Positions 1 through 11,454 of a DNA stretch of 64,000 nt are shown here, piece after piece. Source of the stretch: Ostrea edulis (Eukaryota); NCBI RefSeq assembly GCF_947568905.1, contig NC_079168.1:57660001-57724000 (forward strand), in the 5' to 3' direction. The notes under the pieces were generated by a model. That model was not told the DNA's origin and searched no databases. It saw only the letters and a program-made list of their open reading frames with translations. The translations under genes and the position numbers were made by a program. Numbering within the stretch: position 1 is the stretch's first letter; every line of letters starts with the position of its first letter.

Positions 1-898
1 GATTAAAGCCTCCCAATCCGATCCCAGGTCCCATATTGGCGCTAGATGCGGAAGCAGCGGCAGATGAACCACCGACACCATTATATACTGGTCCGGATGG
101 ATATTGGACGGCTGGCGCTTGGTAAGCAGCTGGTCCATTGAAAGATCCAACAATTTGGGGATAGGTGGCGACTGAATTTCCACCAATGAGTCCGGCATTT
201 AATCCATTATTGAGACCAATTACGCCATGTTGTCCACCAACTGCTTGGTTTGAGGCGGCGGCGGCAGCGGCGGCGGCAGCAGCGTTGAAACCACTTGCAG
301 CTGCTGAGGCAGCAGCTGAGTTTCCACCGATGAGTCCAGCATTAAATCCATTATTGAGGCCAATTACGCCATGTTGTCCACCTACTGCTTGGTTTGAGGC
401 GGCGGCGGCAGCAGCGTTGAAACCACTTGCAGCTGCTGAGGCAGCAGCTGAGTTTCCACCGATGAGTCCAGCATTAAATCCATTATTGAGGCCAATTACG
501 CCATGTTGTCCTCCAATTGCTTGGTTTGAGGCGGCGGCGGCAGCGGCGGCGGCAGCGTTGAAACCACTTGCAGCTGCTGAGGCAGCAGCTGAGTTACCAC
601 CGATGAGTCCGGCATTAAATCCTCGGTTTGAGGCGGCTGCGGCAGAGGCAGCAGCGTTGAAACCACTTGCAGCTGCTGAAGCGGCGGCTGCGTTTTCTCC
701 ATCTAATGGAAAAAACCTGGCTTCAAATCCATTGTCGTTGACACCACTGTGTATACCCCCAGCAACACCTTGTCCATTAAAGTGGATGTTGTGAGAACAT
801 CCGTACTGTCCACATCCTGGTTTAGGATAATTATCCCTTGGAACAGGGATTGCAAATGCAACGGCAATAAGACAGAGAACGGCAACAGCACGGATCAT
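1..898 (-). CDS. Silk-like poly-Ala/Gly/Asn secreted protein, copy A1 (Shelk2-like shell-matrix candidate); C-terminus runs off the window
   Basis: Manual translation from ATG at 898: MIRAVAVLCLIAVAFA signal peptide, GCGQYGC, then [15 protein letters not shown](A)nSNQ repeats. Frame is open to base 1 and nearly identical to 15741..17051. Confidence 0.9.
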   Translation of the reverse strand, partial: MIRAVAVLCLIAVAFAIPVPRDNYPKPGCGQYGCSHNIHFNGQGVAGGIHSGVNDNGFEARFFPLDGENAAAASAAASGFNAAASAAAASNRGFNAGLIGGNSAAASAAASGFNAAAAAAAAASNQAIGGQHGVIGLNNGFNAGLIGGNSAAASAAASGFNAAAAAASNQAVGGQHGVIGLNNGFNAGLIGGNSAAASAAASGFNAAAAAAAAAASNQAVGGQHGVIGLNNGLNAGLIGGNSVATYPQIVGSFNGPAAYQAPAVQYPSGPVYNGVGGSSAAASASSANMGPGIGLGGFN

Positions 899-1831
899 CT
901 ACAAAACAGACGAAAATCAACTTTATTTGCTTAAAAAAAGTAAGATTTCACAGTTTATATCTAAGGCACTCTGTACAGAATGAAAATAATATCAACAAAT
1001 TTGAGGGGGGGTCCTGTTAGAATTGATTTCAAAATTAAAGAAATTTACTATAATCCAGACCGTATTTGCTTTACGGACAGACACTGGGAAGATTTTTTTT
1101 ACTCCTGTATATTTATATCTGTTGTTTACTCAAATTGTTAAAATTATTGATTTCTGTGAAATTTCTGCCTGAAAGATGTATATAAAGGATGCTTTCCGTA
1201 GACATTAATGTTTAAATAATTACGCCATACTTTTAGGGATGGTTAGTATTTCGCGACGAATCATCTTGATTTTTTAAAAATATTGAAATCGATACTGGTC
1301 ATGTAGTGATATATGCATCTCCATTGATCATAAATTTGATCTCATTATGATAGATTGGTTACCTTAAGCTTGATTGGAATAATAATGAGGAGAGATGATT
1401 CGATTACACATTTCTTACTAACCAACATTGAAAGGAAGAAAGATCTGATAATTTTTAAATTAATAGAAACAGGCCTGGAGATTTTGAAATTGGGATAAAA
1501 GATAGGAAATTTAAATTTTGGCAATCTGTATCATACCAGGCTACTATTATATGAAGAGTAAAATATTACCGTTTAAAAAAAAGAATGTTCCTACGTTTCG
1601 AATTTTAGATCTTAGTGTATAAGTTCATTTTCATTTCATACAATTTTTTACCAACTGCGTGTAATATAATCTCCGATTTTTATATTTAGCATTATTACTT
1701 GCAAAATTGTTATTCATTTTACAGCAAGAAGTCTAAGATATTAAGAATTGAATTAAGAAGAAATACACTTTTTAGGTTTCATCGCACTTTTCTTGAGAAA
1801 TTCATAGTGTAAAGTTGGATTGGAGTCTCAC

Positions 1832-2031
1832 CTTGAAATCGTTGTGTCGGTACCTGAGCAGACCTAGACGTTAAGTGTTGATTAATTCTAAATCTTCAAT
1901 ATTTATACATTTAGCTCGGTAACGTAATCAGGAAGAATATCATTGCGGTTCGAACATTTCTGATTACTCAGTAAAATTTAATTCAGTATCATTGGGTCGT
2001 TTTAATTAGAAACAATGTGAATAGGTCATTA
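1832..2031 (-). promoter_or_regulatory. A1 promoter plus non-coding exon 1 (~1879-1832)
   Basis: Minus strand: TATAAATA at 1907-1900, TCAAC initiator-like site ~28 nt downstream, donor CAAG|GTGAGA at 1832/1831; intron 899-1831 ends TTTTGTAG|ATG. Conserved block at 1914-2031. Confidence 0.75.
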
Positions 2032-2276
2032 AGGTGTAAAGAATGAATGACGCAATGCTTTTTCCACGTTCGCTAGTAACGTCGTTATCGTACACATTTC
2101 TGTCAAATGATGGCTTTAAAGTACTTATTTTAGTTTTTCGTTGACACGGTTTCTCCCATTTTTCTTTGGATTGTATTCATCGTTTTTATAGATTTATTAT
2201 TAAAGATGAGAAGTATATTAAGGGGATGGGACACCAAGGAGTCAATTATCTTTCTATCTTTGAAGTTCTCCACAAA

Positions 2277-2352
2277 TGTATATTGTGTTATATTTAATTG
2301 TTAGTATACCAAGATGTATATTGTGTTATATTTAATTGTTAGTATACCAAGA
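2277..2352. repeat. 38-bp tandem duplication upstream of the A-type genes
   Basis: ATGTATATTGTGTTATATTTAATTGTTAGTATACCAAG x2; also present at ~18437-18512. Confidence 0.8.
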
Positions 2353-4420
2353 TGAGTCTATTCCATTATATCAATAACTTAAAAGATTTAATTGATATAG
2401 ATTAAGAATTGTGAATTATTCAACTTTTAAGAAAAAATAAGAATTTTAAATTAATTTATCAAAAAAGATAGGAATAAAAATCACCGATCATTTGCACCAC
2501 ATTCGTATCAAGTGTAAGGTACACATCGACACTAACTAAAATAAATATATTAACATCAGTTTACTGTGTATAATATAATTCACTAGATTATTATTAGTGG
2601 CTTAATAATTCAATGTATAATAAGTTGAATTTAACGTCAAGTATAATCCACGGCGGGTGTGACGGGTCTACATGGGAGGTGCTCCTGATCCCACCTCTGG
2701 TATGTCCAGGGTCCGTCTTTGCCCTCCTCTCTTAATTTTGAATCCTTTATAGGATTTATGACATTGATCAATTTCGTTTTCTTCACTTGTTCATTAAGTT
2801 AATAAGTGCAACCTATCTAAAATTTGAAACAGAAAACATTCTCTTGTTATCCATTGAATTCACAATAAATTCAATGACAAAAAAATTAATAAATAAAAAA
2901 TAAATGAGTAAATAAAATCTGGGAAAATATGGTTATTATAAAATCGATTTCAAAATATGAGTAAAGTTATCATCTATTTTACTATATATAAGGCTATATT
3001 TCATACATCAGTACAATTTCAGTAATTAATAGATATATTAATGATAGTCATCAAAATAGCAAATTAAATCAGTCAATGTGGGTTTTATCAAAGCAAAGTA
3101 TTGATATATAATTTTGGATTTTATTTGTAGGTCATCGACCGTAAGTGATATTAATATTAATTGAGAAATACACCTGTAAGCAATATATAAGTGTCAACAA
3201 ATTTAAATGGTGAGGATTGCCATTTCAAACTGTTATACGCTTCTTGTCCATTTGATTCAAAATATGACGAATTGACAACATTTTGAAGAATTATACAACT
3301 GAGAGTTTTATTGTTAAATTGATACATAATACATCAGAATGATCAGTGAAGGTCTTAATTTACTTGAATACAAACACTTAGAAGAGAGTTGAAAATATTT
3401 TCAATGGATGGCAATTAATGATAAAATCAAATAAAAATATCTCCTGCATTTTTCAGAAGCAAATCGAAAGCAAATTCACTTTCGAAGTGATGTTTTAATG
3501 ATGTATACAACAAAATACATGTAATTTGTTCGAGTAAAAATACTAATGTCAATGTTTAACACGCTTTATCACGGAAGTAAGAACTATGGTATGGTGACTG
3601 TCGTTGTGTTATTTCAAATTACACTTCAAACCTGACCATAATCGTAACCTTTAGAACATGACAACTTCAACTGTTTCGTCATGGCATCTTAATCGACACT
3701 TTATCCATCTGAGGAAACAGACGTGTATTGTTCGACATTAATATTCACAGAATAGCAAATTTCAGACCTCGTTACACTCGTTTTACGAAAGGAAAGATCA
3801 ACACCGATCCGTTGTTTGAATTCATTAAGCTTCACTTTCACAGAATAGCAGTTAAAATTTATCACTGTTGTTCCTTATCGCGTATAGCGTGATTTATGAA
3901 TAAAAGACGGAGAACCAGATACATATACATGAAGTAAACACAGCGCCCAGATGTTTGTTTACAAAGCGAAAATAAATATCGGTAAAATTGAGGAGTATTT
4001 AAATGCAAAATTTTATCAGGTCACTAATTCACTTAGTATATTATTTTTGGTCTACGTCCATCATAGTGCGTCGTCTTTCATTGGTTAATTTCTTCCTAAG
4101 AATAGTTTTAACTAGCATTCTAATTCTTATATAAATTCAGTATAAAGTATCTTAGGGACGGGGGGGGGGGGGGAATTGTCTGAATTCCTGCACCTCCGCG
4201 ATCTTAAAGGCGGTCCGGAGAAGTTTGATTCCTCTCAAAAAGGATGGGAACATGGATAACGTTGCTTTAAAAGATATTTCTTGGTTTTAATCTTGTTACT
4301 TTTGCTGTTTCGTCGCTGACAATTATCTAAAGAGGTTTGAAATACGAAAGCTCTTTGACTAGTGTCGGTGTTTCTCTCTTTTACATACATTGTACATACA
4401 TTATACGTGTACACGAATTG

Positions 4421-5800
4421 GACACGAATTGTGCTCCATTGTTAGCTGACCTGTTTTTATATTTTATGAAGCAGAGTTTATTCAAAAGCTTCTACATGAG
4501 AAGAAAAAATGTCTTACTGTTGCCTTTAACTCGACAACTAGATATATCGACGACGCTTTATTTCTTAACAATAATCATTTTCATATATATGTCGATTCGA
4601 TATACCCCTGTGAACTCAAAATAAAGTACACTTCAGAGCCCTCCACATCTGCTTCGTACTTCAATATTTTATTCGAAATGAATATCAACGGGAAACCAAC
4701 AACTCGACTTAATGAAAAATGGGATGACGAGTGTACCATGAACTGCCTAACAATTGGTATGAAACATGTTAGACTGCATTTGACCCAATCATATGTTGAT
4801 TGAGAAACTATATCGTTATAACGATCATATAATTTGCAAAATGCTGACTTTAAACGAGACTGTTGAAACCCCTGGACCATCGATTTGACTGTCACTAGGC
4901 TGCTTCGATATGAAACCTGACAATACGGAGAACAAGCTCTTGCGTATCGAATCAGTTGAGATTTATAAACACCATATGCAGGTGATAATGGAATATTGCT
5001 ACATAAATATGGGAAGTTGACGATGGAGAAGCTGAAATCACCCCGTTTGTCATAAAGTTGAGTTGTTAGTTAGCCGTTAATATCTGCTTTCAATAAAATA
5101 TCTGAAGCAGAAGTGGACGACTCTGGGTGTCTTTTATTTCGAGTTTACTGGGATATATCGAATCGACATGTGAATGAAAAATGTTGTTAACAGATAAATC
5201 GGCGTCAATATATTTATATGTCGAATTGAAGGCCACAGCAATAAAAAAAATTCACGTAGAAGTTTTTGAATAAATTCTGCCTCATAGGAATATAAAATCA
5301 GGTCAGCTAACAAAGGAGCGCAAATCGTGCCCATGGGAATTCCAACAGACCGTTGGAAGACCTGATCTCAAAATACTACAAAGATTTGTCAATGAGGAAC
5401 TCCAGCATATTTATTAAAAACTTCAGAGTACTTGTGCGTGGAATCAGAGTGGTGGTTAACCAAGTAATGTTTTTGATGACTGATCACTAGACAGGAATAT
5501 TTGCGTTTTCCGTTTTTGTTGAAGAAGCAAATTTCTATGATGTCAAAAAGTCTAGTCTTTAATTTATGGTGAGGAATGGTCGTGTAAAGTGTTGGAAAGT
5601 CATACGTTTTGATGTTGATTTGAGAAAAGTTTTGTGATTTCAATTTGATTAAAAGTTCTTTAGAATTTTTTAAAATCCACATTTGATTTACACCACTTCT
5701 GGCAGATGTAGTCGCAGAGTACGTTTGAAGTTTCTCCTTCACAGCTGTTAATGCATGTATTTTCGTGAGGATCAAAGATAGGTACTTGGTAGAACACTTA
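4421..5800. mobile_element. Decayed Penelope-like (Naiad-type) RT fragments, convergent: + 4421-4728, - 4745-5800
   Basis: Translations include NCAPLLADLFLY, RYIDD, KTYDFPTLYTTIPH and QGFQQSRLKSAF; many frameshifts; RT ends without a C-terminal GIY-YIG. Confidence 0.8.
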
Positions 5801-6108
5801 CAATGTTTTGGATACCTACTTCCGTTCCTGCCTGGGGTTAAACTCACGACCTACGGATCCATATTTCCTAGCAGCGTGTGAACAACGCACATATAGGGAA
5901 GTCTAAAAAACTGGTTTTTGTTGACGATGGAATTCTCCTCGGGCCTTTCTTCGCTACACGATCACTGGATACAGTTACTTGACCTAGATCTAAGAGCAGT
6001 ACAAGATACAAGGAGTTCCAGCAGTACAAAATACACACTGCATTTGAAATATTTTATAAAAGCTCAAAGATGGCAATCCAAAGTGTCGTATCTAATAGTA
6101 TGTAATAG

Positions 6109-6114
<6 letters not shown>

Positions 6115-6181
<67 letters not shown>
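6115..6181. repeat. (TA)n microsatellite
   Basis: Direct observation. Confidence 0.95.
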
Positions 6182-6184
<3 letters not shown>

Positions 6185-6407
6185 CACTGAAGAACCAACA
6201 ACATTCAGTATCCAAAACTGTCGGAAACATGTAATCCGCTGGAAAAGTGTTTAGCTAGTTTTGTAGTGTAGCTTTAGTGCTTATTGTTAATTATACATGT
6301 ATTTGTGTTTTCTCCATAATGTAATCCTTTCCCGTCCTGACGAAGGGACAGGTTGTCCCGAAAATTTGACAATTCCAGTTGTTCATGTCGTTGGTCATTC
6401 TAGTGCT

Positions 6408-6408
6408 T

Positions 6409-6482
<74 letters not shown>
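6408..6482. repeat. Compound (TA)n(TG)n microsatellite
   Basis: Direct observation. Confidence 0.95.
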
Positions 6483-6485
<3 letters not shown>

Positions 6486-6889
6486 AAGAGAAAGAGAGAA
6501 ACTGTCGAATAATGATACCCCATTTTCATTCGAAGAGCTGAATTGATAGGTTTATGTAAACAAAGAAGCGTTAATCAACTTTTCTTGAAACCTTTTGAAG
6601 ATTCTATGAATGTGGGCGTTGAAAAGGAAGCATTTCCGATCTTCATGTTAATTGCTGCTGCATAGGAATTTCATTAAGTTTTTCCATAAAGATATGCATT
6701 AGATATTAATGATATGTTGACATTAACAGCACAATACTGAAATCAAAGGTAACAGTATAGTTTTATGCATCGTTATCTAAATACATATACACAGTGTTCG
6801 TATTTGTTTTGTTTTCATTAATTTCTCAGGTAGAGTTGTGTTTATTTGTCAAACCGTTCTTTGCACACTGATTTTGACTAAGGATACCT

Positions 6890-7072
6890 CTATTTACCTG
6901 ATCAAGATATAGGGTTCACGGCGGGTGTGACCGATCGACAGGAGATGCTTACTCTTCATAGGCACCTGATCCCACCTCTGGTGTTTAGGGGTCCGTATTT
7001 GCCCAACTCTCTATTTTGTATTGCTTAGAAGAGTTATGACATTGATCATTGTTCGTCATCTTCACCTTGCAT
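6890..7072 (+). mobile_element. Naiad/Penelope-like 3' terminal repeat (~165-180 bp); representative of more than 15 copies in the window
   Basis: GGGTTCACGGCGGGTGTGACC...GATGCTTACTC...GGCACCTGATCCCACCTCTGG...TCTTCACC. Same sequence follows the RT C-terminus at 10420-10620 and 33890-34020; other copies near 2650, 8965, 13390, 14585, 18825, 23675, 28630, 30055, 35750, 39335(-), 45950(-), 52385. Confidence 0.75.
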
Positions 7073-10000
7073 TAAATTGTCTTGATACTTGCTGGTAATT
7101 CCGTACATATGAAGTGTACTTCTATATTGTATTTAGTAAAAACATATAAAATATATACATCTTAAAAAACCAACGAACATGTATTAGTGTGAAAGATAAA
7201 ATTTGTTTCTGACTGATAATCGTCACATCCCAAGTTAAAGTCAAATTTTTACAATTGGATTTAACTTTGATCGGGGAAATACTGTTTAACAATCACACTT
7301 TCGTGCACTATTCATTCTCCGCTCACCTCAGCCAATATCAATCATATTAGCAATTCCGATGTAACGTATTTATCTTATTCATATAAATTCTTTGACAATC
7401 ATGAATGAAACACCCCAAATTATTGTGAAATAATGATAACAGTAGTTTAAGTTTATACATGCATATGAACATGAAAGATATGATAAAAATGTTATACTCA
7501 ATCATTTAACTTTTATTGATTTAAGATACTTTTGATTGCAAAATTTAATAGTGTAACTATTACTACTGCATTTATTATTTAGAATATTGATCAGCACAGT
7601 TGTTTAATGTTGATGCTATACAGGTAATTTACCAGCTCCCTATTTCGGAGAATGATTTATAATTTAATATTATTATAGTGTAATATCCATAATGTGTCCA
7701 ATCATACTATCGTTCAACAGAATAGTTCTAATATCTATGGAAGACTTCTACTGTACCAAGGCTCTGTTAGAAGACAGAGACGAATAAAACACGGTGGAGG
7801 TAGTCATCTCTCTGAGGTTTTAAAAACAAGACAAATTCAATCACATTTGAAAGAATTTAAGACATGTTTACCACAAAGCTATTGTCAGAGGAAAGATTGA
7901 ATGAAGATGTAAAATTATGTAATTGTTTTTAAACATCCTTAAACAAGAACGAAGAATGACAGCCTTTGTGTTGATTTGAAATTACACTTTGTAGCTGGTC
8001 ATATTCCTAACCTGTAGGTGACCACGACAAGTGAAAGTGTGCGTCATGGCATCTTACCGTCTTGTTATCTGTTTGAGGATACAGCCATGAGCTGGCCTTC
8101 TTCAAAATCATTTTATTCAAACATTAGGAAATAGCACCTATTATGTTCCCCAAACTTATTATTCTTTTTCTCCCGTACTTTTAAATGTTATCATTTTATC
8201 ATGTAAATATATTGCGATACTTTTCATTTATACAAAAATTGTACAAGAAATAAAGAAGCACAATTCCTAGAAATACAGTCTCACAACGATAATGAACTTT
8301 CAAGTGAAATCCCTTTGAAAGCATTATAGAAATATGATGTGGTGAAAATGATAAGTCGGCATGTATTTTATATATGATGATTGAAATATACACGTGTTAC
8401 AATTAGCACGACTGATTTTCCATAAAATAAATGTACTGTTAAATCGTGAAATTTAACAAATAGGATTTTTATAATGAAAAGGGAAGATAACAAATAATAT
8501 TTCTTTCTATTCAAACATTACTTATTTATTTCATAACAATGCATATTTTACAATATTGATATGCATCGTTTTATTTCAGCATGGCGATGCATCTCTATCG
8601 TCTAATGTACACAATGTACATGCATACAGAAGGCGAATACTATTTTTGTAGATGAGAGAAAAGAGTGGTGTTTTCAATCTGGTTTCTAAGATATTCCAAG
8701 TTTACGTAACTTCAAACCCCTAACCTTATAGTATTGAAAGCAATTTTTACACTTAATAAATTTGATTAATATATTATGCTGTCTGTTATAATTCATATAT
8801 TGTGACCTGTATTTTGATTTGTGATTTAAAGATTGAATTTCGAATCTTGTATTTCGAATGTCAAATGAGCCTACTAAGTTTTCGTATAACCCCCTTTTCA
8901 AAATATCATTTAGCCTTTGATTGTTAAGTCGTTCTATACGCAGTGATTTTGACTACGTTTTACCTGATCAAGACCAAGGGCAGTACAAGATAATATTTGA
9001 TTCACAGAGGGTGTACCCAGGCAACAAGGAATGTTTATCCCTCCTAAGCATCTGATCCCACCTCTGGTGTGTCCAGGGATCCGTGTTTGTCCTATTCTCA
9101 ATTTTGTATTCTTTATAAAATATATTACTGTTCGTTATCTTTAACTCTTTTATACTAATAGCTGTACCTAATCCATGTGAAAATGTCTGTACCAAACTTG
9201 ATCATTTTCCCCTTCGTATGGAATGGTCGCCATCCTCTGATGGAATAAGATGCCATTGGAAATGATAATGTGCATGGTGAAATGAAAATGATCAATATAA
9301 CTGCTAGGCCTTAATGATAGCTCTGAAACATTTTCGGATGAGACAACTAATATCTTCATACATGTATAAATATCTTCATAATCTTTTACCAAAATTAAAC
9401 CTTGCAAAACGTTTGGGTTGTGGGGTAGAGTAACATGGCTACGTCAACAAACGAAATCATTTGAAGCTGTGAGTTTTCGGTTCGTATGGGGCTTTAATGA
9501 ATATTTGAAGGTATGTTTGGACACAAGTATAGTAGGAAAATATGTTAAGAATTTTTTTATATTAAATTTATCTGACAGCAACACAAGAATACAACGATAT
9601 CAGGCCTCAACCGTTCCCAGTTTTTTGTGCGCCGTAAATCCAAGGTTTTTATAGGGGGTGGATCTGTAGCTCTCTGTCCGTCACTTTTTTTTCCAGAGGG
9701 CTACAGTTCTGCAGCTAGAGTAAATTAAAAGTATCATAAAGTCTATTCAAACCAGTTGTGAGTTCATCAGATGTGGATTGAACAAATTTGTAAAGAATAC
9801 ATTCTCTCAGTAGCTATAGTAGATATGCTGATATTTTGCAATCCTAGTATTCATTTGGAAAGGAAACTAATGTTGATAAAAATATGCATCGTTGTAAGAT
9901 TTATTTATTGATGACCTCATTCATGAAGTTGGTTCTTCTTATACATATAGTGCTTATTCTGATAGTTATCCAAAGGTTAAAGCCAATTTTATAGATTTCA

Positions 10001-10157
10001 TTGGTATAATACATGCAATGAAACGATGGATAAAAATCATTGAGTTGAAAGGTAGCATGCCAAAATTTCCAAATCCCTTTCTTTACCAAACATCTTTTCC
10101 ACGGAAAAAAATGCAAGAAATCGAAGCTATTTTATGAAGTTTTCAACCATAATGAAA

Positions 10158-11185
10158 GCTTCTCTATCGTCAACTTTCCATATTTATGCAGCAATTTATA
10201 TTTCTCAATTGATTCGATACGCAAGAATTTGTTCTTCGTATGATCAGGTTTTAAATGGAAGCAGGCTACTGACAAACAAATTGATGTTATAAGGATATCA
10301 ACACTGACATTTAAAGTCAGCATTTCGCAAATTGTATGGTCAATATAACGATCTAGTATGCCAATACAACCTGTCATTGGATCAATTACTTTTTGACGTG
10401 TTTCTTACCATATGTTAGGCCGTTCTTGGCACACTGGTCCTGACTACGGATAACTCCGTTTACCTCATGAAAATATAAGGCTGATGATGGGCGAGGCTGT
10501 TTGACAGGGGATACTTACTTCTAAGCTCATGATCTAACCTCTGGTATATCCACGGTTTCGTGATTGCCCAACTCTCTAATTTGTATGCCTTATAGGAGTT
10601 ATGAGATTTGTTATCTTCACATGACCTCCGCCACTACTATCTTATGAAAGATGAAGATAACAAACAGTGACCTATCTCATTACTCCTATAAGTAATACAA
10701 AATAAAAAGTTGGGCAAACACCGACCCCTGGATATACACGAGGTGGGATCAGGTGCCTAGGAGTAAGCATCCCCTGGCAACCGGTTAGCGCTCTGTCTTG
10801 ATCAGGTAAACGAAGTAATAGTCAAAATCAGTGTTGCAAGAACGACCTAACAATCGATATAGAACACGTCAGACAGTATTTGACCCAATGATAGGTTGTA
10901 TTGGCAAACTAGATCATTATAACGAACATACAATTTGCGAAATGCTGACTTTAAATGTGACTGTTGAAACCTCTGTAACATCAATTTGTTTGTGAGCAGC
11001 CTGGATTGATTTAAAATTGATCATACGAAGAACAATCTTTTGCATATCGAATCAGTTGAGAGATATACACATAATTATGGGGTAATAATGGAATATTGCT
11101 ACATAGATATGGAAATTGACAATGGAGAAGCTGAAAGCATCCAGTTTGTGATGAAGTGGTTAATATCCATTTTCAATAAAATATA
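10158..11185. mobile_element. Tail-to-tail pair of Naiad RT C-terminus plus terminal repeat fragments (+ 10158-10620; - 10645-11185)
   Basis: SIVNFPYLCSN...SIRK on +, mirrored homologue on -; duplicated at ~24858-25910. Confidence 0.75.
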
Positions 11186-11448
11186 TATTGCTATTTATGA
11201 CGGTAGTTTTTTTTATGAGATATAAACGTAATAATTCGATAAAAGGATAATGTTTTCAATGGATATGTGTACATTTTTACAAAGCTTCTATTTCTCTTAT
11301 ATATCAGTCACCTTATAATCTTGTGAAATAAAAGAACTGGTGGAATATAATATTCCATCAATATATCTTATCTGATAAATCATGAGATTTAAAAGGATAT
11401 GCAGACACTTAGGATAATATATTGAACGTCATTTACACTGTAAAATAA

Positions 11449-11454
11449 TTTATT
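11449..11454 (-). terminator. Polyadenylation signal of B1
   Basis: AATAAA on the minus strand ~195 nt after the stop, in a context (TTTGAATAAATTATT) shared by all four complete copies. Confidence 0.6.

Noticed and set aside
165-794. Plus-strand 209-aa ORF (and similar ones at 16306, 16711, 11628, 26352, 37257)
   Set aside because: Antisense shadows of the GCN-rich coding repeats; splice, promoter and poly(A) signals all support the minus strand.
703-891. Short alternative-frame ORFs MLLPFS... and MASTMD... repeated in each gene
   Set aside because: Overlapping off-frame by-products of the real CDS; non-ATG or internal starts.
1945-1962. GGTTCGAAC as a Pol III B box or heat-shock element in the promoter block
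   Set aside because: Lacks the terminal CC of a B box and a paired A box; GAA/TTC spacing does not fit nGAAnnTTCn.
4159-4173. Poly-G tracts (also ~17158, ~20355, ~28557)
   Set aside because: Length varies between duplicates as expected for homopolymer slippage or sequencing error; no evidence of function.
5815-5900. Possible tRNA-like head on the minus strand (GGTCGTGAGTTTAACCCC)
   Set aside because: Only a degenerate B-box-like match; no A box or cloverleaf could be supported.
6913-7010. HDV-like or hammerhead ribozyme call for the PLE terminal repeat
   Set aside because: The CTCCTCC loop lacks the conserved G, P1.1 and P2 cannot be built, and there is no CUGAUGA/GAAA core. Kept only as an untyped structure hypothesis.
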